Below are positions 19,410-28,713 of a stretch of DNA of 41,212 bases, in pieces. The notes below the pieces were generated by a model. It made no database searches. It saw only the letters and a program-made list of their open reading frames with translations, and had not been told where the DNA came from. Position 1 is the stretch's first letter; each line of letters starts with the position of its first letter. Both the position numbers and the translations under genes were made by a program. The DNA is taken from positions 77,581-118,792 of IMG/VR virus record IMGVR_UViG_3300012984_000013, one strand, 5' to 3'. Origin of the DNA: a virus. Lineage: Duplodnaviria; Heunggongvirae; Uroviricota; Caudoviricetes.

Positions 19410-19693
19410 ACAGAGTAGAATATCTATTTACAGTGCTCTCAGAAGAGTGTGCAGAAGTAACACAGGCATCATCTAAAATCCTACGATTTGGATTAGCTAA
19501 TCATCATAGAGGAAATGATAGTAGTAATGATAATCGATTAGTAGAAGAATTCTATGATATTATGGCTGTATTTGAAATGCTACAAGCAGATGGAATTCTA
19601 CCAGTCTGGGATAAATTAGACGTAGACCTTCAAAAGAAGCACAAGAAGGACAAAGTAGAGAAATACATGAAACAATATAGTAATGATTTATGA
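19406..19693 (+). CDS. MazG-like NTP pyrophosphohydrolase
   Basis: LSEECAEV...SKILRFG...EEFYD acidic tetrad. Confidence 0.75.
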   Translation: MNRVEYLFTVLSEECAEVTQASSKILRFGLANHHRGNDSSNDNRLVEEFYDIMAVFEMLQADGILPVWDKLDVDLQKKHKKDKVEKYMKQYSNDL

Positions 19694-20748
19694 TAAGTGT
19701 AAAAGTAATAGCAGATAGTAAAAACCAATTCGGAAATAGAATAACTACAATGATAGTTACTATGCCACGTATTATATTAGCTGAATTTAATACACATAGA
19801 ATGTTTAGTAGAAATTCAGCCTCCAGCAGGGCCATACCATTCGAAAAAATGGTCAAATCAGTTAAAGAGAATCCTTTTATTCCTATTGCATGGCAGGCTG
19901 ATCATAAAGGAATGCAAGGTACTGAGTATATTCATAATGATACAGGAAGAGGTGGAGATGAATCTAGAATTCAGGTAGGATGGCAAAATGCAATAGACAA
20001 CGCTATCAGGGAAGCCGAATGGATGAATATGTATGGACTTACAAAACAAATTTGTAATCGTATTTTAGAACCATTTATGTGGCATACAGTTATTTTAACT
20101 GCTACAGAATGGGAGAATTTCTTTGCTCTAAGATGTCCACAATATGTTTTAATTGAAGAAGAGGGTAAACTTGCTAGACCAGAATTAACTAAAACAACAG
20201 AAAAAATATTTAGAAGTAGAAAAGATTACCTCAAATATAAAGAAGATTTGCAATTTGATAGTAATATTTCTAATGAAATTCAATGGTTACAACTTAATAA
20301 AGGTCAAGCTGAGATTCATATGATGGCTTTAGCAGAAGCTATGTGGGATGCTTACAATGAGTCTATTCCTAAAGAATTGAAAGCTGGTGAATGGCATATT
20401 CCTTTTGGTGATAATATACAATCAGTTTCAGAATCAGTTTGGGAATTATGTGGTTATAAAGAATCTGATCCAATCTTCGCAGACTATACTAGCCTACAAT
20501 TAGCGAGAACATTTACAGAAATAAAGATAAAAATAGCTACAGCTAGATGTGCAAGAGTATCTTATACTGTGGTTGGTGAGGAAGGTAAGCCTGATAATTA
20601 CGAAAATGATATTAAGCTGCATAATAGACTTATTGAAAGTAAACATGCTTCACCTTTTGAACATATTGCTCAATCTTCAGATAATATGGATAGAAGTAGG
20701 AATTTTACAGGAGGCTGGAAACAATATAGAGAAATAATAAATTTATGA
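19690..20748 (+). CDS. thyX: flavin-dependent thymidylate synthase
   Basis: EFNTHRMFSRNSASSRAIP signature, ARCARVSY and HASPFEH. Confidence 0.9.
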   Translation: MISVKVIADSKNQFGNRITTMIVTMPRIILAEFNTHRMFSRNSASSRAIPFEKMVKSVKENPFIPIAWQADHKGMQGTEYIHNDTGRGGDESRIQVGWQNAIDNAIREAEWMNMYGLTKQICNRILEPFMWHTVILTATEWENFFALRCPQYVLIEEEGKLARPELTKTTEKIFRSRKDYLKYKEDLQFDSNISNEIQWLQLNKGQAEIHMMALAEAMWDAYNESIPKELKAGEWHIPFGDNIQSVSESVWELCGYKESDPIFADYTSLQLARTFTEIKIKIATARCARVSYTVVGEEGKPDNYENDIKLHNRLIESKHASPFEHIAQSSDNMDRSRNFTGGWKQYREIINL

Positions 20749-20981
20749 ATAGAAATGCAATAAGGCTTTTAAATAAAGCTAATAAGACAATGAAAATATT
20801 GTCAAAACGTTATAAGTTTGTGAATATTGCCATTAATTATTCTAGTATAGATCTTCTATTACCTGGGACTAATAAAATAGATGCACTATGGGAAGAAGTA
20901 ATTTCTAATTTTATAAAAGATAAGATCAATTGGAACTTGAGATTTGAAACTGGTAATCTAATATTAAATATTTATTTATGA
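20745..20981 (+). CDS. hypothetical protein
   Basis: 78-aa ORF with ATGA overlaps. Confidence 0.6.
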   Translation: MNRNAIRLLNKANKTMKILSKRYKFVNIAINYSSIDLLLPGTNKIDALWEEVISNFIKDKINWNLRFETGNLILNIYL

Positions 20982-21376
20982 ACTGGGAAGTAACATACAC
21001 AGATGGAAATCCTCTGATTATTAATCAAGTAGAGGAAAAGGAAGATAAACCTAAAGAAGAAGTAGCTATGAGATTTAATAATGGTAAACCTCAATGGGGA
21101 CTTGTTCATTATAAATCATTAGAACCTATGATTAGGGTACTAGAGTTCGGTAGTAAGAAGTATAGCCCTAATAACTGGATGAAGAAGATGGATAGAACTA
21201 AAATTCTAGAGTCTGCCCAGAGACATCTAGCTGCTTTAATGGATGGTGAGGAAATTGACCCAGAAACAGGAGAATCCCATATTGGGAATCTAATGTGTAA
21301 TGGTATGTTCTATAGCTATCATTTTGTAATAAACAAAAAAGAAGATGAATCAGACAAAAATAGAATCCCTAATTGA
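20978..21376 (+). CDS. dATP/dGTP diphosphohydrolase (DUF5664-like)
   Basis: RFNNGKPQW, FGSKKY..NNW, AQRHL and GEEIDPETGESH. Confidence 0.8.
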   Translation: MNWEVTYTDGNPLIINQVEEKEDKPKEEVAMRFNNGKPQWGLVHYKSLEPMIRVLEFGSKKYSPNNWMKKMDRTKILESAQRHLAALMDGEEIDPETGESHIGNLMCNGMFYSYHFVINKKEDESDKNRIPN

Positions 21377-21590
21377 GGCTATAGTTAACACATTTGTAGG
21401 CTTTCTTATTACTATATCTTTCCTACCTATTGTAAATAAGATTTGTCATATAGAAATGACTAACAGCCAGATGGGTTTATCTACTTTTCTTTTTACTATT
21501 ATATCAGTAATAAGAGGATTTGTAATAAGGAGGTTCTTTAATAATTTATATTGGTTGAAAAACAAACTTAAAAGATTGTTTATACATTAA
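21345..21590 (+). CDS. small two-TM membrane protein
   Basis: QTKIESLIEA..N...G..., two hydrophobic stretches, IRRFFN. Confidence 0.7.
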   Translation: MNQTKIESLIEAIVNTFVGFLITISFLPIVNKICHIEMTNSQMGLSTFLFTIISVIRGFVIRRFFNNLYWLKNKLKRLFIH

Positions 21591-21625
21591 AAGAATTATT
21601 ATAACTATTAATATTATCACGAAAA

Positions 21626-21680
21626 GGTTGGTAAAGTGAAATAAAAAGGGTAATTTCAAACCCTTTTTTCATTTCCAACC
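21626..21680 (+). promoter_or_regulatory. imperfect inverted repeat / variant promoter upstream of nrdJ
   Basis: GGTTGG(21626)...CCAACC(21680) enclose AAAAAGGG/CCCTTTTT. GTTG-N20-TAATTTCA aligns with the promoter spacing but deviates from consensus. Confidence 0.45.
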
Positions 21681-21695
21681 ATTAAACAATTAAAT

Positions 21696-23609
21696 ATGCA
21701 AGATTTAGGATTAGACGCATTATCAAAATTAACAACATTCAGTAAATACGCTAAGTATATACCAGATAAGAAACGAAGAGAAACATGGGATGAAATAATT
21801 GATAGGTATGAATTGATGATGTCAAATAAATATCCTCAACTAAAGGAACAAATTAAAGAAAATATTAAATTTATAAGAGAAAAGAAGGTACTTCCAAGTA
21901 TGAGGGCTTTGCAGTTTGCAGGTCCTGCTATGGAAGTAAACAATACAAGAGGTTATAACTGTTGTTATCTACCTATAGAGAGTATTCATAGCTTTTCAGA
22001 ATCGATGTTCTTGCTATTAGGTGGAACAGGTGTAGGATATAGTGTACAGAAACATCATGTAGCTCAATTAGCTCCTGTTAGGAAGCCTATTAAGACCAGA
22101 CATTATCTTATTGAGGATAGTATTATGGGATGGGCAGATGCTGTTAAAGTATTAATGAAAGCTTATATAGGTGGTGGATTTATGCCTAATTTTGACTTTA
22201 GGGCTATTCGTCATAAAGGTGCAAGATTAGTAACAGCAGGAGGTAAAGCACCTGGACCTGAACCATTAAAAATCTGTTTAGTTCATATTCAGGCTATTCT
22301 GGATAGAAAACAAGATGGGGAACAATTAACCCCATTAGAGTGTCACGATATTCTATGTCATATAGCTAATTCTGTACTATCTGGAGGTATTCGTAGAGCA
22401 GCTATGATTGCTTTATTCTCATTAGATGATGAGGAAATGGTTACTTGTAAATATGGTAACTGGTGGGAATTGAATGAACAAAGAGGTAGAGCCAATAATT
22501 CAGCAGTTCTTGAAAGAGATAATGTAACTGAAGAGGAGTTTTTCTCTCTGTGGAATAGAATTCAAGCTTCTGGATCAGGTGAACCTGGAATTTATTGGAC
22601 TAATAATAAAGATTGGGGAACTAATCCTTGTTGTGAAATTGGTCTAAAACCATTTCAATTCTGTAACCTGTGTGAAGTCAATGTTAGTGATGTAACTGGA
22701 CAAGCAGATTTAAATAATAGAGTAGCTATAGCTGCATTCTTTGGTACTTTACAAGCTGGATTTACAGATTTTCATTATTTACGTAACAGATGGAAGCTTA
22801 CAACTAAAGCAGATGCTCTATTAGGTATTGGAATGACAGGTATTGCTAGTGGTGAAATTCTTAAATATGACCTGAAAGAAGCTGCTGATATAGCTAAAAT
22901 GACTAATATTAGATATGCTGAAAAGATAGGAAGTAATCCAGCAGCTAGAGTTACTTGTGTTAAACCATCAGGTACAACATCTCTTATATTAGGTACTTCA
23001 AGTGGTATCCATGCTTGGCACAGTAAATATTACCTCAGAACCATGAGATTTAACAAAAATGAGGATATTGCTAAGTATATGATGATTAACCATGAAGAGC
23101 TATGTGAAGATGATATTCTTAGACCTCAAGATACTGTATGTATTAGAATCCCAGTAAAAGCACCAGATGGATCTATCTTTAGGACAGAAACTGCTATTGA
23201 TATACTTGAAAGGGTTAAGAAGTTCTCTAAAGAATGGATACAACCTGGACACGTAGATGGAGATAATACCCATAATGTATCAGCTACTATTTCTATTGAT
23301 AAAGATAGGAAATATAGTTTTGAAGAAAAAGGATATATGTTCTCTTTTGTAGAGAATATTATAGATGAGTGGCAAATGGTAGGATCATGGATGTGGGAAA
23401 ATAGAGATGTATATAATGGTTTATCAGTATTACCCTTCTCAGGAGGATCTTATGTACAAGCACCTTTTGAAGATATCACTAAAGAGGAGTACGAAGAACG
23501 TATTTCTCATGTTAAATCTATTGATCTTACTAATGTAATAGAAATGGATGATAGTATAGACTTCTCTAGTATTGCTGCTTGTTCGGGAGGAGCATGCGAA
23601 TTAGTATAG
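21696..23609 (+). CDS. nrdJ: class II (adenosylcobalamin-dependent) ribonucleotide reductase
   Basis: LPSMR, NCCY, GTGVG, TNPCCEI, CNLCEV, TCVKPSGT and C-terminal CSGGAC. No beta subunit or activase nearby. Confidence 0.9.
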   Translation: MQDLGLDALSKLTTFSKYAKYIPDKKRRETWDEIIDRYELMMSNKYPQLKEQIKENIKFIREKKVLPSMRALQFAGPAMEVNNTRGYNCCYLPIESIHSFSESMFLLLGGTGVGYSVQKHHVAQLAPVRKPIKTRHYLIEDSIMGWADAVKVLMKAYIGGGFMPNFDFRAIRHKGARLVTAGGKAPGPEPLKICLVHIQAILDRKQDGEQLTPLECHDILCHIANSVLSGGIRRAAMIALFSLDDEEMVTCKYGNWWELNEQRGRANNSAVLERDNVTEEEFFSLWNRIQASGSGEPGIYWTNNKDWGTNPCCEIGLKPFQFCNLCEVNVSDVTGQADLNNRVAIAAFFGTLQAGFTDFHYLRNRWKLTTKADALLGIGMTGIASGEILKYDLKEAADIAKMTNIRYAEKIGSNPAARVTCVKPSGTTSLILGTSSGIHAWHSKYYLRTMRFNKNEDIAKYMMINHEELCEDDILRPQDTVCIRIPVKAPDGSIFRTETAIDILERVKKFSKEWIQPGHVDGDNTHNVSATISIDKDRKYSFEEKGYMFSFVENIIDEWQMVGSWMWENRDVYNGLSVLPFSGGSYVQAPFEDITKEEYEERISHVKSIDLTNVIEMDDSIDFSSIAACSGGACELV

Positions 23610-23623
23610 TTTGTTTATTTTTT

Positions 23624-23656
23624 AACCTAGGGAGTTTGTACTCTCTAGGTTTTTTT
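23624..23656 (+). terminator. intrinsic terminator after nrdJ
   Basis: AACCTAGGGAG-TTTGTA-CTCTCTAGGTT followed by a T run. Confidence 0.8.
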
Positions 23657-23666
23657 ATTATCTTTG
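23635..23666 (+). promoter_or_regulatory. Bacteroidota-type promoter for recA, overlapping the terminator
   Basis: TTTG 23635-23638, 20-nt spacer, TATCTTTG 23659-23666. Confidence 0.8.
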
Positions 23667-23682
23667 AAACAAAATTAAATAT

Positions 23683-24648
23683 ATGGCTAAAAAAGCGGAG
23701 AAAAGTAGTTTAGAAACATTATTGGAAGGCTTAGAAAAGAAGTACGGTGTAAGTAGGTCAGATTTAGAAGAAGTACAGGTAGTTTCTACAGGTAGTATTC
23801 AACTAAATAAGGCTCTGGGTATCAATGGTATACCTGTAGGTAAGATTATTGAGCTGTTTGGAGCAGAATCATCAGGTAAGAGTACTATTACTCTTCATTT
23901 AATCAGTGAATTCCAAAAAGCTTTTTCTGATAAGAAAGTAGCACTATTTGACTATGAACATAGCTTTGATAGAAAGTACGCCACTAATTTAGGTGTAGAT
24001 GTAGATAATCTATTAATCTATCAACCTGATAATATGGAATCAGGGTATGACCTTATATTAGGACTAATTGAAAATGATATTGTATCTCTGGTAGTCCTTG
24101 ATAGCCAAACGGCAGCAATGCCAAAAGCTATAATTGATGGAGATATGGGGGATGCTACTATTGGTTTACAAGCTAGAATAAACAGTAAATTCTGTGGTAA
24201 AATCAAAGGTTTATTGTCCACTCATAATACTACTTTAGTAAGCATCTCACAGACAAGGGCTAACATAGGAGGAATGACCCCTGGAGATGTGTCTACTGGT
24301 GGAAATGCTTGGAAATTCTATGCTGATATGCGTTGGAAAGTGTGGAAAATGAATGATAAAATCAATGAAGCTAATAAGACAACTATTGACATTATTAAGA
24401 ACAAATTAGCTAATCCTTTTGGGCAAGCTAAATTATCCATTCTATGGGGTATGGGCTTTGACAAAGTAGGTGAGATTATTGATTATGCTTGTGAATTTGA
24501 TATTATTAAAAAAGGAGGTGCTTGGTTTACTTTCAGGGAAGAAAAGTTCCAGGGAGAAGAAAAAGTAAAGGTGTTTCTGGAAGAAAATCCAGAAGTCTTA
24601 GAGTATATTAAAGAAGAAGTACTTAAAAAGTTAAATAATGAAGGATGA
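23683..24648 (+). CDS. recA: RecA/UvsX-like recombinase
   Basis: STGSIQLNKALG, GAESSGKST, VVLDS, ISQTR, GGNAWKFYA and KKGGAWF. Confidence 0.95.
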   Translation: MAKKAEKSSLETLLEGLEKKYGVSRSDLEEVQVVSTGSIQLNKALGINGIPVGKIIELFGAESSGKSTITLHLISEFQKAFSDKKVALFDYEHSFDRKYATNLGVDVDNLLIYQPDNMESGYDLILGLIENDIVSLVVLDSQTAAMPKAIIDGDMGDATIGLQARINSKFCGKIKGLLSTHNTTLVSISQTRANIGGMTPGDVSTGGNAWKFYADMRWKVWKMNDKINEANKTTIDIIKNKLANPFGQAKLSILWGMGFDKVGEIIDYACEFDIIKKGGAWFTFREEKFQGEEKVKVFLEENPEVLEYIKEEVLKKLNNEG

Positions 24649-24796
24649 ATTTGAATATCTTAAAAATACAAAGAAAATAGCAGAGATTCTGGATGAAGTT
24701 TATAAGGTCAGATTAATATCTGGAGATGAAATTGCAGATAAATTAGCAGATGAATTATTTAATAAACTAAAAAATGAAGAAAAAACCAATGACTAA
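24638..24796 (+). CDS. hypothetical protein, 52 aa (not in ORF track)
   Basis: MKDEFEYLKNTKKIAEILDEV...EKTND; fills the gap with short overlaps on both sides. Confidence 0.55.
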   Translation: MKDEFEYLKNTKKIAEILDEVYKVRLISGDEIADKLADELFNKLKNEEKTND

Positions 24797-25019
24797 AAAG
24801 GAGGTTGAAGCTATTCAACCTGAACCTTTTAAACCAAAAATGAGTTATACCAGATTTAAAAATGGTCTACCTATTCCAGAAGAACATCCTTTTTATACAC
24901 CACCTAGGGAACAGAAGGAATGGTCACCACAAGGTACACATGACTTTAAGCTACCAGATGGTACAGTTGAACAAAGACCTGGAAGATATGTAACTAAAAT
25001 GACAAGAGGAGGAAAATAA
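24789..25019 (+). CDS. hypothetical basic/proline-rich protein
   Basis: ORF track gives 24774; start at MTKKE preferred. Confidence 0.6.
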   Translation: MTKKEVEAIQPEPFKPKMSYTRFKNGLPIPEEHPFYTPPREQKEWSPQGTHDFKLPDGTVEQRPGRYVTKMTRGGK

Positions 25020-25409
25020 ATGCAACAGACAATAATAATAGATAATACGGCTGAAAGTTTAAACCAATTAATAAAGCGTTGTTATAAAGCCAGTTTTGAT
25101 GCTGGTTGGCATACTGATATTAATACAGGAGAACTTAAAGAAAGAAATAGAGCAGAAATGCTTATGCTTATTGTATCTGAAATAGCTGAAGCTATGGAAG
25201 GTGAACGTAAGGGATTAATGGATGATAAGCTGCCACATAGACCAATGGCTGAAGTAGAAATGGCTGATGCTGTTATCAGGATTGCTGATTATTGTGGTAG
25301 ATGGGGATATGATCTAGGAGGTGCTGTTGTTGAAAAAATGGCATATAATGCCCAGAGAGCAGATCATAAAATTGAAAACAGACTAAAAGATGGCGGAAAA
25401 AAGTTCTAA
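25020..25409 (+). CDS. MazG-like NTP pyrophosphohydrolase
   Basis: LIVSEIAEAMEGERK...EVEMADAVIRI...EKMAYN. Confidence 0.85.
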   Translation: MQQTIIIDNTAESLNQLIKRCYKASFDAGWHTDINTGELKERNRAEMLMLIVSEIAEAMEGERKGLMDDKLPHRPMAEVEMADAVIRIADYCGRWGYDLGGAVVEKMAYNAQRADHKIENRLKDGGKKF

Positions 25410-25593
25410 TAATATTTATAGTAGACTTTCAGTAGATAACATGGATCAAATGTTAGCTCCATACTTGCGAATTTTTAAACATAGAGGTTATATTGAAAGT
25501 AGTCAAGTTCCAAGATTTCTAAGATTACTTGATGAAAAATTAAATAAAAATGAGATATACGAAGATAATCAGCTTAAATTAGACCTTGTGTGA
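25390..25593 (+). CDS. hypothetical protein
   Basis: 67-aa ORF. Confidence 0.55.
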   Translation: MAEKSSNNIYSRLSVDNMDQMLAPYLRIFKHRGYIESSQVPRFLRLLDEKLNKNEIYEDNQLKLDLV

Positions 25594-25913
25594 TTAGGAG
25601 GAAGAAGAAACCACAAGAACAAATAGATCAAGAAAAGGAAGAAAGTCAAAAAATGAAAGACTTCTTCCTTTCCATATGGTTTAAAAAACCACATAATTCA
25701 GAGCTATCAGGAGCTTGGTTAGGATATGAGTTTAAAACCATCTTTTTTCATCACATTTTAAAGTCAAGAAAATATTCTGAAGCTAAATATGATGAAGAGA
25801 ACATAATTCTACTTACCTTTGAGGAACATCAACAAGCTGAAATGAATGAAGATAGATATGAAGAAATCAACAAAAGGAGAGATAATTTAAAAGAAAAATA
25901 TGGAATCAAATAA
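25590..25913 (+). CDS. degenerate HNH/NinG-like protein
   Basis: SELSG...FHHIL...ENIILLTFEEH resembles an HNH fold lacking the Zn cysteines. Confidence 0.5.
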   Translation: MIRRKKKPQEQIDQEKEESQKMKDFFLSIWFKKPHNSELSGAWLGYEFKTIFFHHILKSRKYSEAKYDEENIILLTFEEHQQAEMNEDRYEEINKRRDNLKEKYGIK

Positions 25914-26079
25914 ATATCCTGGAACTGGTGGTACACCATTCAATTTATCATTGAATAGTAATGATTTTGCCACAGAAATGGAAAAACTTAGACAAGAAGA
26001 AGCAAATATGGCTAGAAAGCTATTAGACGAAGGTAAAATATCAATGGAAGAATATACACAAATTTTAAACCAATTATAA
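25900..26079 (+). CDS. hypothetical protein, 59 aa (not in ORF track)
   Basis: MESNKYPGTGGTPFNLSLNSND...QILNQL; fills the gap. Confidence 0.6.
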   Translation: MESNKYPGTGGTPFNLSLNSNDFATEMEKLRQEEANMARKLLDEGKISMEEYTQILNQL

Positions 26080-26084
26080 TTACA

Positions 26085-26408
26085 ATGAAAAACCAATTTT
26101 TCTACACACGTGTAGAGTTAACCGCAAGTCCAATTACAGTAGAAGGGCAACCTCCTGAAACCATTAGAACTGAATTTATTGATAGTTTTAATATTAATAA
26201 GGTTATTAGGTCTTATCAATTAGCAGAAGGTAAGCTATTTATTGCCTTGGATGACTTTCATCCTGAAAGGAGACAAGAGCCTATTTTGAACAAGAATAAT
26301 GTAATTACTGGCTACAAAAACGTTGAAAATACCTATCAGTCAGAGATTGTACTTACAGAAGCTGCTGATATTGCAAGATTTAAAAACATAACTGAATTTA
26401 CTGAATGA
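26085..26408 (+). CDS. hypothetical protein
   Basis: 107-aa ORF. Confidence 0.75.
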   Translation: MKNQFFYTRVELTASPITVEGQPPETIRTEFIDSFNINKVIRSYQLAEGKLFIALDDFHPERRQEPILNKNNVITGYKNVENTYQSEIVLTEAADIARFKNITEFTE

Positions 26409-26659
26409 AGAAATTAATTGATCATCTAAAAAGGATAGCTAGAGAAAATGAAGATAACTTTGATTTTAATATAAAAATAGAAGTTTTCAGAAATGAAATA
26501 CGTTACCTTTTTGAGGCTGAAGAGACTTATGATAATCATAACTTTATAAGTATAGTATTTACAGAATTTGATAAATTTCTAGAATATATTGAAAGAGAAG
26601 AGTATTTAGGAATTCTGAAAAGAGCTTGTAAGGAATGGAATTATAAATATGTAGATTAA
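26405..26659 (+). CDS. hypothetical protein
   Basis: 84-aa ORF with ATGA/TAATG overlaps. Confidence 0.65.
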   Translation: MKKLIDHLKRIARENEDNFDFNIKIEVFRNEIRYLFEAEETYDNHNFISIVFTEFDKFLEYIEREEYLGILKRACKEWNYKYVD

Positions 26660-27408
26660 TGAAGATCAGTTGTAAAATGATAACCTGTGGAAGACCTCAC
26701 CTTTTGGTAGAGGCTCTCCACAGTTTTCTCCAACAGGATGATCTAGGAGATACTGAGCTTATTATTGTTAATGATTATAAGCATCAAAAGCTCATTTTTG
26801 ACCATCCAAATGTTAAAATCTGGAACTTTGATAAGTTATTTCCTAGTATAGGAGAAAAGGAGAACTTTGCATTAGAACAATGCTCTGGGGATATATTTGT
26901 AGTATGGGATGATGATGATATTGCTATGCCTTGGCACTTAAATAATATCAGAAAGTACTTTAAAGAAGATACTAACCTATTACATTGGGCAAATGGAGCC
27001 TTTTATAACACTCCAGATATTACAGGAATTACTTCTTTAGGTAACTCTGGTATTGTATACAGTAAAAAAGCATGGGAAGCTATAGGAAAAAGTCCAATGG
27101 AGAATGCTGGAGGGGATATGACTCTAACTGAGAGAATTAAGGCTTTAGATGAAAGTAAGGTAGTTTATGCTCATCCTCCTGATAATGAGGTAAGTTGGTT
27201 CTATAGATGGTCACTTCCACAGTGCTATCATCAATCAGGTATGGGAACTGATACTCCTGATAGAGTAAATGTGGTACAAAGAAATTACGATTATTTAGAG
27301 TCAGAAAGAGCACATTGGAGAATTCCAACTGGAGATGTTGTTCTACAACCTAAATGGCATCAAGATTATAAACAGTTATTATATGACTACACAAAACCCA
27401 AAAGTTGA
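26659..27408 (+). CDS. glycosyltransferase family 2
   Basis: ITCGRPHLL.EAL.SFLQQD, LIIVND, GEKEN and DxD-containing VWDDDD. Confidence 0.85.
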   Translation: MKISCKMITCGRPHLLVEALHSFLQQDDLGDTELIIVNDYKHQKLIFDHPNVKIWNFDKLFPSIGEKENFALEQCSGDIFVVWDDDDIAMPWHLNNIRKYFKEDTNLLHWANGAFYNTPDITGITSLGNSGIVYSKKAWEAIGKSPMENAGGDMTLTERIKALDESKVVYAHPPDNEVSWFYRWSLPQCYHQSGMGTDTPDRVNVVQRNYDYLESERAHWRIPTGDVVLQPKWHQDYKQLLYDYTKPKS

Positions 27409-27994
27409 ATTCATTATACCTACATATAATAGACCAGATCTACTAAGATGTATATTATCTTCTCTAATAGCTCAATCTGATCCAGATTGGAGTGCATCTG
27501 TTATGATAGATGATACATTTATATCTGGTCATTCTGTTATGCCTCCTAGTCAATTTGATACCATTAAAGTATTTAATGAACTTAGAGATTCAAGATTAAC
27601 TTATGGATTTACAGACGGACCTCATAAAGATTGGGGACATACACCAAGAGATCAAGGTAGAATGAAAGCTACTGCTGAATATACTATAATGACAGGTGAT
27701 GATAATTACTATGTGCCTACATTTGTAGCAGAATTAAAGAAAGTTTTAGGAGATAATCCAGGGTTTGTTTACTGGGATATGGTCCATTCTAGCTTTAATT
27801 ACCAGTATTTTAAATGCCATCCTTTTAATGGACAAATAGATATCGGTGCATTTGCTGTTAGAACAGATCTATGTAAACAGATTAAACTAGGTAGGGGATA
27901 TGCGGCAGATGGGGAATTTGTAGAGGATTATAAAAAAATGTTTCCTCATGAAAAAATGGTTAAAATAGACAAAATATTATATGTGCACAACTAA
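27383..27994 (+). CDS. glycosyltransferase family 2
   Basis: FIIPTYNRP, VMIDD, WGHTPR, MTGDDNYY and ADGEF. Start at 27383 preferred to 27335. Confidence 0.85.
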   Translation: MTTQNPKVEFIIPTYNRPDLLRCILSSLIAQSDPDWSASVMIDDTFISGHSVMPPSQFDTIKVFNELRDSRLTYGFTDGPHKDWGHTPRDQGRMKATAEYTIMTGDDNYYVPTFVAELKKVLGDNPGFVYWDMVHSSFNYQYFKCHPFNGQIDIGAFAVRTDLCKQIKLGRGYAADGEFVEDYKKMFPHEKMVKIDKILYVHN

Positions 27995-28145
27995 ACTAAA
28001 AGATGATAAAGATATTGCTCCCTTTTTAAAAATTGCTGGAGTTTGTGCTTTGCAAATGAAAGATCCAAATATTACTAAAGAACAGTATAAGAATAGAAAG
28101 AAATTATTAAACTCTATCTATAAGGAATTAAATGAGCACAACTAA
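27981..28145 (+). CDS. hypothetical protein, 54 aa (not in ORF track)
   Basis: MCTTKLKDDKDIAPFLKIAGVCALQ...ELNEHN bridges GT2 and methyltransferase. Confidence 0.45.
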   Translation: MCTTKLKDDKDIAPFLKIAGVCALQMKDPNITKEQYKNRKKLLNSIYKELNEHN

Positions 28146-28713
28146 TACATTAACAGATATAGCTAATAAGCTAGGAACAGATAAAGGTACTGAGCATTTT
28201 GAAGCTCATAGTTATACAGAGGTTTATGATTCTCTGTTTTATTTATGGAGAGAGAATAATATCAAAATGTTAGAGGTAGGTATATGGGACCCTAGATTCC
28301 CAGGTGCATCCGTAAGGATGTGGAAAGAGTACTTTCCTTATCTTAAGTTTGTAGGATTTGATATAAACCCTCAATCTAGAGTTTTGGAAAGTGCTGATAC
28401 ACACGTATTTATAGGAGATGCTTCAAAACCTGAAGATTTACTTTCCTGTGGTAATAGCTACTATGATAATTATGATATTATTATAGATGATGGTTCACAT
28501 AGATCTGAGCATATAATCAATGCTTTTCATATGTTATTTCCTTTCGTAAAACCAGGAGGATTCTATATTATAGAAGACTTACATTGTCAACAGGCTAAAG
28601 CTCAAGAAACTATAAGAGATTTATGTTTCATTATAGAATCTGAGAAGCATAAAGTACAAAGTAAGGTACTTGAAGCAGGTGGTAAAATGTTAGTAATAAA
28701 AAAAGGGGTTTAG
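28132..28713 (+). CDS. class I SAM-dependent methyltransferase (sugar O-methyltransferase-like)
   Basis: GTDKG, HSY...YD, MLEVGI, GASVRMWKEYFP, GFDI, IIDDGSH and GGFYIIEDL. Confidence 0.85.
   Translation: MSTTNTLTDIANKLGTDKGTEHFEAHSYTEVYDSLFYLWRENNIKMLEVGIWDPRFPGASVRMWKEYFPYLKFVGFDINPQSRVLESADTHVFIGDASKPEDLLSCGNSYYDNYDIIIDDGSHRSEHIINAFHMLFPFVKPGGFYIIEDLHCQQAKAQETIRDLCFIIESEKHKVQSKVLEAGGKMLVIKKGV

Noticed and set aside
19560-20737. Same-strand alternative-frame ORFs (9090-9308, 19560-19856, 19858-20049, 20549-20737, 27137-27328)
   Set aside because: Nested in recognised genes (primase, MazG, thyX, GT2), with non-ATG or weak starts and no independent signal.
21591-21695. Cobalamin riboswitch upstream of nrdJ
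   Set aside because: Only about 105 nt, very AT-rich, and no B12-box-like sequence seen.
21696-24648. Inteins in nrdJ or recA
   Set aside because: Lengths are normal (637 and 321 aa), motifs are contiguous, and there are no Cys...His-Asn splice junction blocks.
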